From Candidatus Omnitrophota bacterium (GTDB taxonomy: Bacteria; Omnitrophota; Gorgyraeia; Gorgyraeales; Gorgyraeaceae), in assembly GCA_018901615.1 (NCBI GenBank), contig JAHIEN010000083.1, positions 1 to 42,910 on the forward strand: a stretch of DNA of 42,910 nucleotides, given 5' to 3'. How positions within the stretch are numbered: the first letter of the stretch is position 1; each line of letters opens with the position of its first letter. The notes beneath the pieces are model-generated. The model was not told the DNA's origin, did no database searches, and was given only the letters and a program-made list of their open reading frames with translations. A program made the translations under genes and the position numbers. Positions 1-8,162 of this stretch are shown here, in pieces.

Positions 1-513
1 CAGGGCGTCGGGTATAAATTTCTGGCCGCCAAAACCAGGATGCACTGACATGATCAGGATCATTTGCGCATCAGCCAGGACATTCTCTATGCAAAAAGAT
101 GAATCCGGGTTCAGAGATATGCCTGCTTTTTTGCCAAGAGACCTTATCTGATCCAGCGCTTCTATTACGCGGCCCTCGTCTATCTTGCATATCGTTCTGG
201 ATCTGCCTTTTCGAATATCTTCTCCGTATGCCTCAGCATGGATTGTAATAATATCGCTCCCAGCGTCCGCGAAATCTTTTATAAACCTGTGAGGCGCCTC
301 GATCATCAAGTGCACATCAAGCGGCAGGTCAGTGCATCTCCTGGCCGCTTCGACGATCAAAGGCCCTATTGTTATATTCGGCACAAAACAACCGTCCATA
401 ACATCCACATGGATCATGTCTGCCCCGGCGTCTTCCGCCTTTTTTATCTCTTCCCGGAGTTTAGAAAAATCGGCAGAGAGTATGCTTGGAGCTATCAGGA
501 TATTTTTTTTCAT
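1..513 (-). CDS. rpe: Ribulose-phosphate 3-epimerase, N-terminal part only (the C-terminus runs off the left edge of the window)
   Basis: Absent from the ORF track because it has no stop codon in the window. My own translation from the ATG at 513..511 gives MKKNILIAPSILSADFSKLREEIKKAEDAGADMIHVDVMDGCFVPNITIGP..., which is the canonical Rpe N-terminus. The ATG overlaps the TGA of the upstream peptidase gene (TGATG). Confidence 0.85.
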   Translation of the reverse strand, partial: MKKNILIAPSILSADFSKLREEIKKAEDAGADMIHVDVMDGCFVPNITIGPLIVEAARRCTDLPLDVHLMIEAPHRFIKDFADAGSDIITIHAEAYGEDIRKGRSRTICKIDEGRVIEALDQIRSLGKKAGISLNPDSSFCIENVLADAQMILIMSVHPGFGGQKFIPDAL

Positions 514-1784
514 CACAGCTCTCCCATTTCCTGTTCTATTCCGGCCTTTTCTTTTCCCGTCTCAGGCCCTATGATAGCTAGGTTAGTATTTTTATTTTTA
601 AATATCGCCTTTGCCACGCGCTGCAGGTCGGCAGGGGTTACAGAGTCGATCTTTCTCAAGATCTCGTCTTTATCAGGCAGTTTACCCGCTAATAGGAGAT
701 TTTCCCCGAGCCATAGCATATGGTCCAGCGTGTCCTCAAGCGCAAGCAACAACTGCACCTTGAAAAACTCTTTTGCCCTTTTCAATTCCATCGCGGGAAC
801 AAGAACACGTTTTATTTCTTTTAGTTCTTTTATTATAATTGATACGCCCTTCCGCACTTTTTTATGCTCTATACCTGCATTTACTATGAAGGCGCCTGTG
901 GTCCTGTATCGCTTGACCTCTGAACTGATCTCGTAAGCAAGGCCTCTTTTCTCTCTCAAGTTTTCAAATAGCCTTGAAGACATATTCGCGCCAAGGATGA
1001 TGTGCAGGAGGCTCAGCGCATACCTATCGGGATGCATCCTGCCGAATGAGCGCATGCCCATGGAGAGATGAGATTGTTCGGTATCTTTATATAAAATCCT
1101 TACCCGCGGCCTTGTCTGGTTAGAGGTAAATTTAATCAACGGCTGTTGTCTTTTGTTTCCTTTTGAAGTAAATATGCCGTCTATCTTCCTGATCAGGACA
1201 TCGCTGTTTAAATTGCCGCACAAGACAAGCGTAATATTACCAGGTCTGTAGTTCGCGCTTTTATGGGCAACAAGGTCTTCTCTTGTAATGGCCTCGACAG
1301 ATTTTATATTTCCCGCAACAGACAGGCCAAGCGGATGGCCTGGCCACAACATCTCGCTTAATATGTCGTGGACATGGTGGTTTGGCAGATCCCGGTACAT
1401 CTTTATCTCTTCTATTATTACCGTACGTTCTCGCTCTATGTCTTTTTTATCCATGCTGGCATGGAGGACCATGTCAGAAAGTACGCTAAGGGCTATATCA
1501 GCGTGACGGCCGCTTACCTTTGCCAGATAACATGTGACCTCTTCCGAGGTAAATCCATTCAAGGATCCGCCCCTGCCTTCGATCTCTTGTTTGATCTTTC
1601 TGGTGCTCCTGGTGGACGTGCCCTTGAAGATCATATGCTCAAGAAAATGCGATATCCCCGATACCTTTTCATCTTCATTTTCCGAGCCTGCCGCAACCCA
1701 GACTCCGACAGAGGCTGATTCCATGTGCGGCATATGGTCCAGAATAACGCTGACTCTGTTTTTAAGGTTTATCTTTTTATACAT
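513..1784 (-). CDS. M16-family zinc metallopeptidase (insulinase-like)
   Basis: 423-aa ORF with the inverted zinc motif HxxEH (GISHFLEHMIFKGT) near the N-terminus. Length is typical of M16B peptidases. Confidence 0.9.
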   Translation of the reverse strand: MYKKINLKNRVSVILDHMPHMESASVGVWVAAGSENEDEKVSGISHFLEHMIFKGTSTRSTRKIKQEIEGRGGSLNGFTSEEVTCYLAKVSGRHADIALSVLSDMVLHASMDKKDIERERTVIIEEIKMYRDLPNHHVHDILSEMLWPGHPLGLSVAGNIKSVEAITREDLVAHKSANYRPGNITLVLCGNLNSDVLIRKIDGIFTSKGNKRQQPLIKFTSNQTRPRVRILYKDTEQSHLSMGMRSFGRMHPDRYALSLLHIILGANMSSRLFENLREKRGLAYEISSEVKRYRTTGAFIVNAGIEHKKVRKGVSIIIKELKEIKRVLVPAMELKRAKEFFKVQLLLALEDTLDHMLWLGENLLLAGKLPDKDEILRKIDSVTPADLQRVAKAIFKNKNTNLAIIGPETGKEKAGIEQEMGEL

Positions 1785-1786
1785 TT

Positions 1787-2200
1787 TTATACATTTAATT
1801 CGAGATACGTCTGGAGTATTAACTGGGCCGCTATCTTATCTATACAGGCCTTGCGCTTTTTTCTTGAGACGTCAGCCTCTAATAGAAGCCGTTCGCCCTG
1901 CGCAGTGGTCAACCTTTCATCCACTGTCGTTATTTCTACGGAAAGCCTGTTTTTTAGAGTTTCAATAAAATCTTCTACTGCCGCCGCGCTGGCGCCTTTT
2001 GTCCCATTCATATTAAAAGGCAGGCCTACCACTATCTTCGCGACATCATATTCTTTAACCAGGGCCTTGATCCTGTCCAGCGTTGATCCGGCATCCTGAC
2101 GCACGAGCGTTTCTATGCCCTGAGCTGACATGTTCAAGGCATCACTTACTGCTATGCCTATGCGTTTTTCGCCCACGTCAAGGGCAAGTATTCTAGACAC
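1787..2200 (-). CDS. ruvX: Putative pre-16S rRNA nuclease / Holliday-junction-resolvase-like protein YqgF (RuvX)
   Basis: 137 aa. The N-terminus MSRILALDVGEKRIGIAVSD and the overall size are typical of the YqgF family. Confidence 0.9.
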   Translation of the reverse strand: MSRILALDVGEKRIGIAVSDALNMSAQGIETLVRQDAGSTLDRIKALVKEYDVAKIVVGLPFNMNGTKGASAAAVEDFIETLKNRLSVEITTVDERLTTAQGERLLLEADVSRKKRKACIDKIAAQLILQTYLELNV

Positions 2201-2201
2201 G

Positions 2202-3248
2202 TTAAAAACTCCTTACGAGGTCTTTTACCTCCTGCGCCCTGTTCTTGCCGCACACCAGCGTGCCTGATTTTGTCTGGACTATTATGACGTCTTTAAGTCC
2301 TATAACGCCTATCTTGTGGTCCCTGTCTCCTATAATAATGGAATTTTTCACGTCTATCAAAGCGCTGTTAGAAAGGAGTATATTGCCGTCTTTGTTTTTA
2401 TCGTATATCTCCTCGACGCTTGACCACGAGCCTATATCGACCCAGTCAAAACTGGCCATAACGCAGTATATTTTATTAGACCTGCTTCTCGCTACAGGCT
2501 CCATCATACCGTAATCTATCGAGATAGGTTTGATCTTCGCGTACTCACTGGACAGCTTGACAAAGTAGCCTTTTTTTCCCGCAAGATTTGATACATCCTT
2601 GAGCCCGTAATACAGGCTGGGTAAATGCTTTTTTAACTCAGCGAGCACAGTATCCGTGCTCCAGACAAAAATCCCGCTGTTCCACAGGAAGTTTTTTCGC
2701 CTGTAAAAGCTTTCCGCCTTTTTTTTGCACGGTTTTTCAGTAAATCTTTTCAATGCATAGCACCCGTTTAGTTTTTTGCCCACCTCCAGATATCCGTAAC
2801 CTACCGAAGGATATCTAGGCCTGACCCCTATTGTTACCATGCTGGAATCAGAGGATGCTATTTTCTCTGCCGCCTCAAGATCCTTGAATAAGGGCTGTGT
2901 ATTTTTTATTATGTGGTCGGCCGGAAGCACTGCCATTTTCACGTTGCCGAATCTTTGCTTTATGATCAAGGCGGAAAGGCAGATAGCCGCCGCTGTGTCC
3001 TTGCCCTCAGGCTCAAGTATGATATTTGATTTCTTGAGAATGGCTGTGTATGGTTTCAGGCTAGGGTATTGCTTTTTGGTAGTCACGAGAAATATGTTTT
3101 CGGCGGGGAATTTCTGTCTTAGCCTTTTTATGGTCTCCTGTATCATTACATTTCTAGTGCCAAAGGTCAGTATATGCTTTGCCCTGCCTTTTGTGCTTTT
3201 AGGCCAAAGCCTTTCGCCTTTACCGCCAGCCATTATTACCGCGTACAT
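2202..3248 (-). CDS. Mannose-1-phosphate guanylyltransferase-type sugar nucleotidyltransferase
   Basis: 348 aa. Contains the N-terminal NTP-transferase signature IMAGGKGERLWP, plus EPEGKDTAAAI, LPADHII and GYGYLEV. An SD-like AGGGGTGA precedes the ATG. Confidence 0.85.
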   Translation of the reverse strand: MYAVIMAGGKGERLWPKSTKGRAKHILTFGTRNVMIQETIKRLRQKFPAENIFLVTTKKQYPSLKPYTAILKKSNIILEPEGKDTAAAICLSALIIKQRFGNVKMAVLPADHIIKNTQPLFKDLEAAEKIASSDSSMVTIGVRPRYPSVGYGYLEVGKKLNGCYALKRFTEKPCKKKAESFYRRKNFLWNSGIFVWSTDTVLAELKKHLPSLYYGLKDVSNLAGKKGYFVKLSSEYAKIKPISIDYGMMEPVARSRSNKIYCVMASFDWVDIGSWSSVEEIYDKNKDGNILLSNSALIDVKNSIIIGDRDHKIGVIGLKDVIIVQTKSGTLVCGKNRAQEVKDLVRSF

Positions 3249-3296
3249 ATAGTCACCCCTTATAAATAATGCTAAATTCGAAACTCGAAATCCGAC

Positions 3297-3330
3297 CCTT
3301 CGACAAGCTCAGGGTTCTTAGTCCCGAGCG
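3297..3330. repeat. Copy 1 of a short dispersed repeat (CCTTCGACAAGCTCAGGG..CTTAGTCCCGAGCG)
   Basis: About 33 nt, nearly identical (one indel/substitution cluster) to 24016-24048. Both copies are intergenic and lie just upstream of a gene start. Confidence 0.8.
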
Positions 3331-3343
3331 TGGTCGAGGGACG

Positions 3344-3423
3344 AAATTCGAAACAAATCATAAATTAGAAATTCTAAATTCAAAACAGCAGGTTTAGAAT
3401 TTTAAATTTTGTGTTTCGAATTT
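3344..3423. repeat. AT-rich imperfect palindrome spanning the trpA stop codon
   Basis: The outer arms AAATTCGAAACA (3344-3355) and TGTTTCGAATTT (3412-3423) are perfect. The inner arms AAATTAGAAATTCTAAA and TTTAGAATTTTAAATTT match at about 15 of 17 positions. Related CGAAATCCGA/TCGGATTTCG units flank it at 3287-3296 and 3428-3437. Confidence 0.75.
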
Positions 3424-4235
3424 GTTTCGGATTTCGTGCTTCGGATTTTGGATTTAACAAGCGTCTTTACAAAACCCCCCACCTTCTTCACTAAATCCTT
3501 CTTTCCTATATTTTTCTCAATCACCTTCACAATCGCGCTGCCGACTATTACGCCATCAGCCGCCATGGATATTCGCGCTACCTGCTCAGCGCTTGAAATC
3601 CCAAACCCGACACAAACAGGTTTTCTTGTCATCTTTTTAATAAGGCGCAGGTTCTCGAATATCTCTTGAGGTAAAATTTCCCGCGCGCCTGTTGTTCCGG
3701 TAAGCGATACGTAATATATAAAGCCGGTCGAAGCTTCAGCTATCTTTTTAAGTCTTTCTTTGGAGCTTGTGGGAGCCGCAAGGTGCGCTATTGCGACGCC
3801 ATTCTTTCTGGCAACATCACGCAAAGGCCCTGATTCTTCAAATGGTAAATCAGGTATTACCGCACCGTCCACTCCCGAGGCCTTTGCCATTCTGGCGAAT
3901 CTTTCCAACCCATAATAATAAATCAGATTGTAGTATGTAAGAAAGACCACGGGCACCTGGGTCCTTGACCTTATCCTTTTTACCAGGTTAAAGACTGAGT
4001 CCAGATTTACTTTGTTTTTGAGCGCCCTCTGGCTTGAGCGCTGTATCGTGGGGCCGTCCGCAAGCGGGTCTGAGAAAGGCACGCCAAGTTCGATTATATC
4101 CGCGCCGCTTGTTTCTAACTCAAATATCAATTTTTCAGTAATGTCTATAGATGGGTCCCCCGCCATTATAAAGGCGATAAACGCCTTTTTGTTATTCTTC
4201 TTCAGTTCTTTGAATTTCAAATCTATGCGATTCAC
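3402..4235 (-). CDS. trpA: Tryptophan synthase alpha chain
   Basis: 277 aa with the motifs FIMAGDPS and [17 protein letters not shown]. It overlaps trpB by 4 nt. The last ~17 aa ([17 protein letters not shown]) are encoded by one arm of the palindromic repeat at 3344-3423. Confidence 0.95.
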   Translation of the reverse strand: MNRIDLKFKELKKNNKKAFIAFIMAGDPSIDITEKLIFELETSGADIIELGVPFSDPLADGPTIQRSSQRALKNKVNLDSVFNLVKRIRSRTQVPVVFLTYYNLIYYYGLERFARMAKASGVDGAVIPDLPFEESGPLRDVARKNGVAIAHLAAPTSSKERLKKIAEASTGFIYYVSLTGTTGAREILPQEIFENLRLIKKMTRKPVCVGFGISSAEQVARISMAADGVIVGSAIVKVIEKNIGKKDLVKKVGGFVKTLVKSKIRSTKSETNSKHKI

Positions 4236-5419
4236 CCTTGACCCTCCACCCTTGACCCTCTTATTATATCCATATCCTTATCGCCCCTGCCAGAGAGACA
4301 GACAATTATGATCTTATTCCTGTTTAATTTCGGCGCCAGTTTTTTTACCGCGTAATATATGGCGTGGCTTGGCTCCAGGGCAGGTATTATACCTTCTATT
4401 TCACTCAGCATCTTGAAGCCCTCAAGCGCTTCTTTGTCGCTGACAGCCACATATTTAGCCCGCCCTGTTTCCTTGTAATACGAATGCTCAGGACCTACGC
4501 CAGGATAATCCAGGCCAGCGGATATTGAATGAGCTATGTGTATCTGTCCGTCTTTGTCCTGCAGGAGATAGCTCTTACTACCATGCAATATCCCTGGTTT
4601 GCCCTTACATAGAGCAGCGCCATGCCTTTTTGTCGCAAGGCCTAATCCCCCTGCTTCTACCCCGATAAATTTAACATTTGATTTAAAGAAAGGGTGAAAA
4701 AGGCCTATTGAGTTGCTTCCTCCCCCTACGCATGCAACCAGGTAATCAGGAAGCGTTTTTTCGTATTTCAGGATTTGCGCCTTTGCCTCTTTGCCTATGA
4801 TAGATTGAAAATCTCTTACCATGGCAGGATAAGGGTGAGGGCCGACTGCGGAGCCAAGGACATAGTGTGTGGTGCGGACATTTGTGACCCAGTCTCTTAT
4901 TGCCTCATTTGTAGCGTCTTTAAGAGTCTTACTCCCGGAATAGACAGGGATAACCTTTGCGCCCAGGAGTTTCATCTTGAACACGTTGAGCGCCTGGCGT
5001 TCTATATCCTCAACCCCCATATACACTTCGCATGGCAGGTTAAATACAGCCGCGGCTGTTGCCGTGGCTACTCCATGTTGGCCCGCGCCTGTCTCAGCAA
5101 TAATGCGCGACTTGCCCATCTTGACTGCCAGGAGCAGCTGGCCGAGCGTATTATTTATCTTGTGGGCGCCGGTATGAAGCAGGTCTTCGCGCTTCAGGAA
5201 TATCTTTGCGCCAGCTTTTTTAGAAATATTCTTAGCAAAATATAAAGGGGTCGGCCTGCCAGCGTATGTCTTTAAAAGTTCGTACAGCTCGCGCTTAAAC
5301 TTCAGGTCTTTAATAGCCTTTTTGTACGCCTTTTCAAGCTCTTCAAGCGCCACCATAAGGGTCTCAGGCACAAACTTTCCGCCAAACCCGTTAAATCTGC
5401 CATCTTTATCAGGTAGCAT
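4232..5419 (-). CDS. trpB: Tryptophan synthase beta chain
   Basis: 395 aa with the PLP-lysine region [11 protein letters not shown] and the GGGSNSIG loop. SD AGGAG lies upstream of the ATG. Confidence 0.95.
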   Translation of the reverse strand: MLPDKDGRFNGFGGKFVPETLMVALEELEKAYKKAIKDLKFKRELYELLKTYAGRPTPLYFAKNISKKAGAKIFLKREDLLHTGAHKINNTLGQLLLAVKMGKSRIIAETGAGQHGVATATAAAVFNLPCEVYMGVEDIERQALNVFKMKLLGAKVIPVYSGSKTLKDATNEAIRDWVTNVRTTHYVLGSAVGPHPYPAMVRDFQSIIGKEAKAQILKYEKTLPDYLVACVGGGSNSIGLFHPFFKSNVKFIGVEAGGLGLATKRHGAALCKGKPGILHGSKSYLLQDKDGQIHIAHSISAGLDYPGVGPEHSYYKETGRAKYVAVSDKEALEGFKMLSEIEGIIPALEPSHAIYYAVKKLAPKLNRNKIIIVCLSGRGDKDMDIIRGSRVEGQG

Positions 5420-5445
5420 ACATATCTCCTATTTATAGAATATTG

Positions 5446-5474
5446 ATTATAGATGAAAAGGCGGGCTCTGTCAA
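5446..5474 (-). promoter_or_regulatory. Consensus sigma70-type promoter for trpBA
   Basis: The minus strand reads TTGACA (5474..5469), a 17-nt spacer, then TATAAT (5451..5446). It sits about 26 nt upstream of the trpB ATG, with AGGAG in between. Confidence 0.7.
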
Positions 5475-5482
5475 CAACAATA

Positions 5483-5528
5483 CCGCTGACTTTTACATTT
5501 AGCGGTGTCCTTATGTAAAAGTCAGCGG
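5483..5528 (-). terminator. Perfect 16-bp stem hairpin, probable terminator of the exported-protein operon
   Basis: CCGCTGACTTTTACAT (5483-5498) pairs with ATGTAAAAGTCAGCGG (5513-5528) across a 14-nt loop. On the transcript it is followed by TATTGTTGTT. It lies 27 nt after the stop at 5556 and just upstream of the trpBA promoter. Confidence 0.5.
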
Positions 5529-5555
5529 ACAAAATCTAAAGGGTTATATTTTTTA

Positions 5556-6545
5556 TTAAATATTTGCTACCAGGGCACGAGCTACTGCCGGAGTAAGGTT
5601 ATTTAGTGTATTACCCGTAGCTAATGCTGCCATATCCTCTATCTGGGCAAACATTTCCGAGTTTGGTATATAGGAAAATACAATGATTCTTTGCGTGAGC
5701 AGACGCTTTGCGGTTTCGTATTCCATAGGAAGACCTCTCAGGATAGACGAGACATATGCCTCGTCTTCTGGAGATACATTGCCTGCCTCATCAACTTTAA
5801 TATTGCGTGTGGTGGCTATTGCTAGATTGTTGCCACCTTCTCTTACGCCCTCCGTCTTCTCGGCTAGAAGTTCCGGATTTAAACTATCTGGCCCCATTAT
5901 CTGCCCCGCTGTAAGAACCTTTACTTTTGTATAGCTTTTTCCGTTGAGAGGATTATCTCTATCAGGTGTTTGGATAGTCTGCCCGCTCGCTAATACCTGA
6001 CCCGCTATCTGCCTCGCCATAACCTTTTCTTCGGAAGTTGTAGTTCTGCTTATATCGTAAGAGTCTAATCCTACGTTGCGCAGGCTGCTTATTTCCTTGT
6101 ACCGTTCGTTTATTTCTTGCATCTGGCCGCTATCCATAGAAACTATCACGCGGTAATTACCCGGTGATACGCGTTCGATAACCCCAACTATCGAAGACAA
6201 GTCATTTAATTCGTTGTATAACATTGTGCTGCTAATGGAATAATCGCTATTCCCTGTAACCTCTTTACCAAAAGCTATCCTCATTTCTTCAAATTCTTTA
6301 TATGTAAATTCAGCTCCCTCCTGAAACTTATTGTTCCGTATTAATGTAGCCCATGCATTAAAGGCAGACCTCTTTCCCCCTGGAATTTTCCCGTCTATCT
6401 CGCGTTTCACGTCATCCAGGTTATTTGCTCCGATCTTATCCCCTCTTAATTTCATCAACGGCGCGCTGGCATAACATGCCTGCGCCATTATAAAAATACA
6501 TGCTATCAAACTGAGCGCAAATACCACCTTTTGTCTTTTTTTCAT
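5556..6545 (-). CDS. Exported protein of unknown function (orphan)
   Basis: 329-aa ORF. The N-terminus MKKRQKVVFALSLIACIFIMAQACYASAP looks like a Sec signal peptide. It starts 21 nt downstream of the preceding gene. I recognise no domain. Confidence 0.75.
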   Translation of the reverse strand: MKKRQKVVFALSLIACIFIMAQACYASAPLMKLRGDKIGANNLDDVKREIDGKIPGGKRSAFNAWATLIRNNKFQEGAEFTYKEFEEMRIAFGKEVTGNSDYSISSTMLYNELNDLSSIVGVIERVSPGNYRVIVSMDSGQMQEINERYKEISSLRNVGLDSYDISRTTTSEEKVMARQIAGQVLASGQTIQTPDRDNPLNGKSYTKVKVLTAGQIMGPDSLNPELLAEKTEGVREGGNNLAIATTRNIKVDEAGNVSPEDEAYVSSILRGLPMEYETAKRLLTQRIIVFSYIPNSEMFAQIEDMAALATGNTLNNLTPAVARALVANI

Positions 6546-6566
6546 TTTGTTCTCCTCTTTTTTGTT

Positions 6567-8036
6567 TTATCTTATGAATGTTGCTCTATATAACGATTCG
6601 TCTGTTACTGTCGTAACTCTGGGACTCACTACAAGATATGAATACCCTTTATCCGCAAGAAGTTCTGTGAGGGCCGGGGCGTGAAAACCCCCTGCAATCA
6701 ATCCGGCTATATTCTCGTCATGGCCCTTTAATTCTTCATCAAGCCTGGTCACAAAGGCCGTGTCTCTTTTAAAAGCTACGCTATAAAACTTTTCTACAAC
6801 AGGGAGATTGTCGCTTATAACGTAGGCATTTTCAGGAACATCGGTGTCAAGCCTCAGTTCTTCTGATTTTTTTATTATAAAATCAGACCAGAGGAGAGGA
6901 TTGAAGTCTTTCTTGTTATCTATAAAATACTTGTACTCTTCAGGGACAACCTTTATCTCAAGAAGATTTTTCATTATTGACAGCGCCCTTGATATCCTTA
7001 CAAGCTGTTTCTGGTCAGGATTCGTTGCCAGGACGCCGATTAGAAAATCTTCCAGCTGGGGCTCTTCCTTAAAGAGCTCGTTTATGTTCAAATCTTTCAT
7101 TAATCTTGTATATTTGTCGTATGACTCCATTTCTTCATCTGTAGCATTGCCGGCGCTGATCGCGGCCATGTCTATCTCTTTCTCAAGTTCACCAATTTGT
7201 ATCAGATTGCTGAGATTCGGAAACACATATAAAGGCGCGTCATTTGCTTCGGATTTGGCATATAGATATTGATAGTAAGCCAGCAAATCTATATTACCGT
7301 CATCATAATCCTTCTTTTTATTACTCAGCTCGAGCAATTCTTCGGTGTAGATATGGGGTTTCAATGCTTCTGCCGCTGCCATCAGTCGACCCACATAATC
7401 AGCTCCAATATCCCTGATCTTATCTACTTCCCACAACATATTTTTCTGTTCTTCATAAAGCGCTTTTTCTTCTAAGCCATAAAAAGACAACGGGTACGTA
7501 GAAGTAAGCTCCAGGTACTCTTCGCCTGTTATTTCGGCGCTCTCAAGAAGATCTTCGGCTGCCTCTCTTCTTGCTTCATCTGAACCGTAATTTCTTAGAC
7601 TGTTCAGGTCCTTGTTCGTGCTCATTCCTTCTCTAAAAACCAACTCCAGTCCAGTGTCCTCGATTACTGATTCAAGTATGTACGCTAAGTTTCTCTGCGC
7701 TTCGTAATTCGCGTGCGCGTCCTGGATATACACGATGAGTTTTCCGTTAGATCCTTTATGTGTTTCGATTACTGTGCCGTATTGGTCCGGGATTGTGATA
7801 GATAATTGGTCTAATAAATCCAACTCTTCGATAGTTTCTTCTGTGTCTTCTCGGACCATTGCTTCTTCTTTTGCAAGCTCAGGGGTTTGTTTTGGCGCCT
7901 GTTTTTCTGCTTGAGGCCCTGCCCCTGCCTGTAAAGCCTTCTGTCGCCTTTCCCATATGGTTTCAGCGTAAGATAGGCTGATTCCAAGCGTAGAGACTAT
8001 AATCATAGCAGTTAAGATTCTAAATATTCTATTCAC
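6567..8036 (-). CDS. Exported protein, possible Tiki/TraB/GumN/ChaN-superfamily fold
   Basis: 489 aa with a signal peptide (MNRIFRILTAMIIVSTLGISLSYA/ET). An N-terminal block KLIVYIQDAHANYEAQRNLAYILESVIEDTGLELVFREGM and a C-terminal GLIAGGFHAPAL resemble the paired GxxH...E blocks of ChaN/Tiki-like proteins. CDS confidence is high. Confidence in the family call is about 0.35. Confidence 0.8.
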   Translation of the reverse strand: MNRIFRILTAMIIVSTLGISLSYAETIWERRQKALQAGAGPQAEKQAPKQTPELAKEEAMVREDTEETIEELDLLDQLSITIPDQYGTVIETHKGSNGKLIVYIQDAHANYEAQRNLAYILESVIEDTGLELVFREGMSTNKDLNSLRNYGSDEARREAAEDLLESAEITGEEYLELTSTYPLSFYGLEEKALYEEQKNMLWEVDKIRDIGADYVGRLMAAAEALKPHIYTEELLELSNKKKDYDDGNIDLLAYYQYLYAKSEANDAPLYVFPNLSNLIQIGELEKEIDMAAISAGNATDEEMESYDKYTRLMKDLNINELFKEEPQLEDFLIGVLATNPDQKQLVRISRALSIMKNLLEIKVVPEEYKYFIDNKKDFNPLLWSDFIIKKSEELRLDTDVPENAYVISDNLPVVEKFYSVAFKRDTAFVTRLDEELKGHDENIAGLIAGGFHAPALTELLADKGYSYLVVSPRVTTVTDESLYRATFIR

Positions 8037-8086
8037 GGGTTCATACGCCTCCTTAAGTTTAATAAATAGATTTTAAAACTATTAAT

Positions 8087-8115
8087 AGTATACCATCTCA
8101 GCCAAGCTACGTCAA
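8087..8115 (-). promoter_or_regulatory. Sigma70-type promoter with extended -10, upstream of the 489-aa exported protein gene
   Basis: The minus strand reads TTGACG (8115..8110), a 17-nt spacer ending in TGg, then TATACT (8092..8087). Confidence 0.6.
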
Positions 8116-8162
8116 GTTATTTTTGCATTCAAAGAATTCCTGTGAAAACCAGGCTGTGTTTA

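Noticed and set aside
238-936. 232-aa plus-strand ORF, and similar plus-strand ORFs throughout the track (e.g. 1534-1968, 22612-23121, 25606-25992, 38529-38939).
   Set aside because: They lie antisense to genes with unmistakable homology (rpe, M16 peptidase, cooC, fchA and others). Their sequences are low-complexity and rich in Ser, Leu, Phe and Ile, and they have no start context. They are shadow ORFs.
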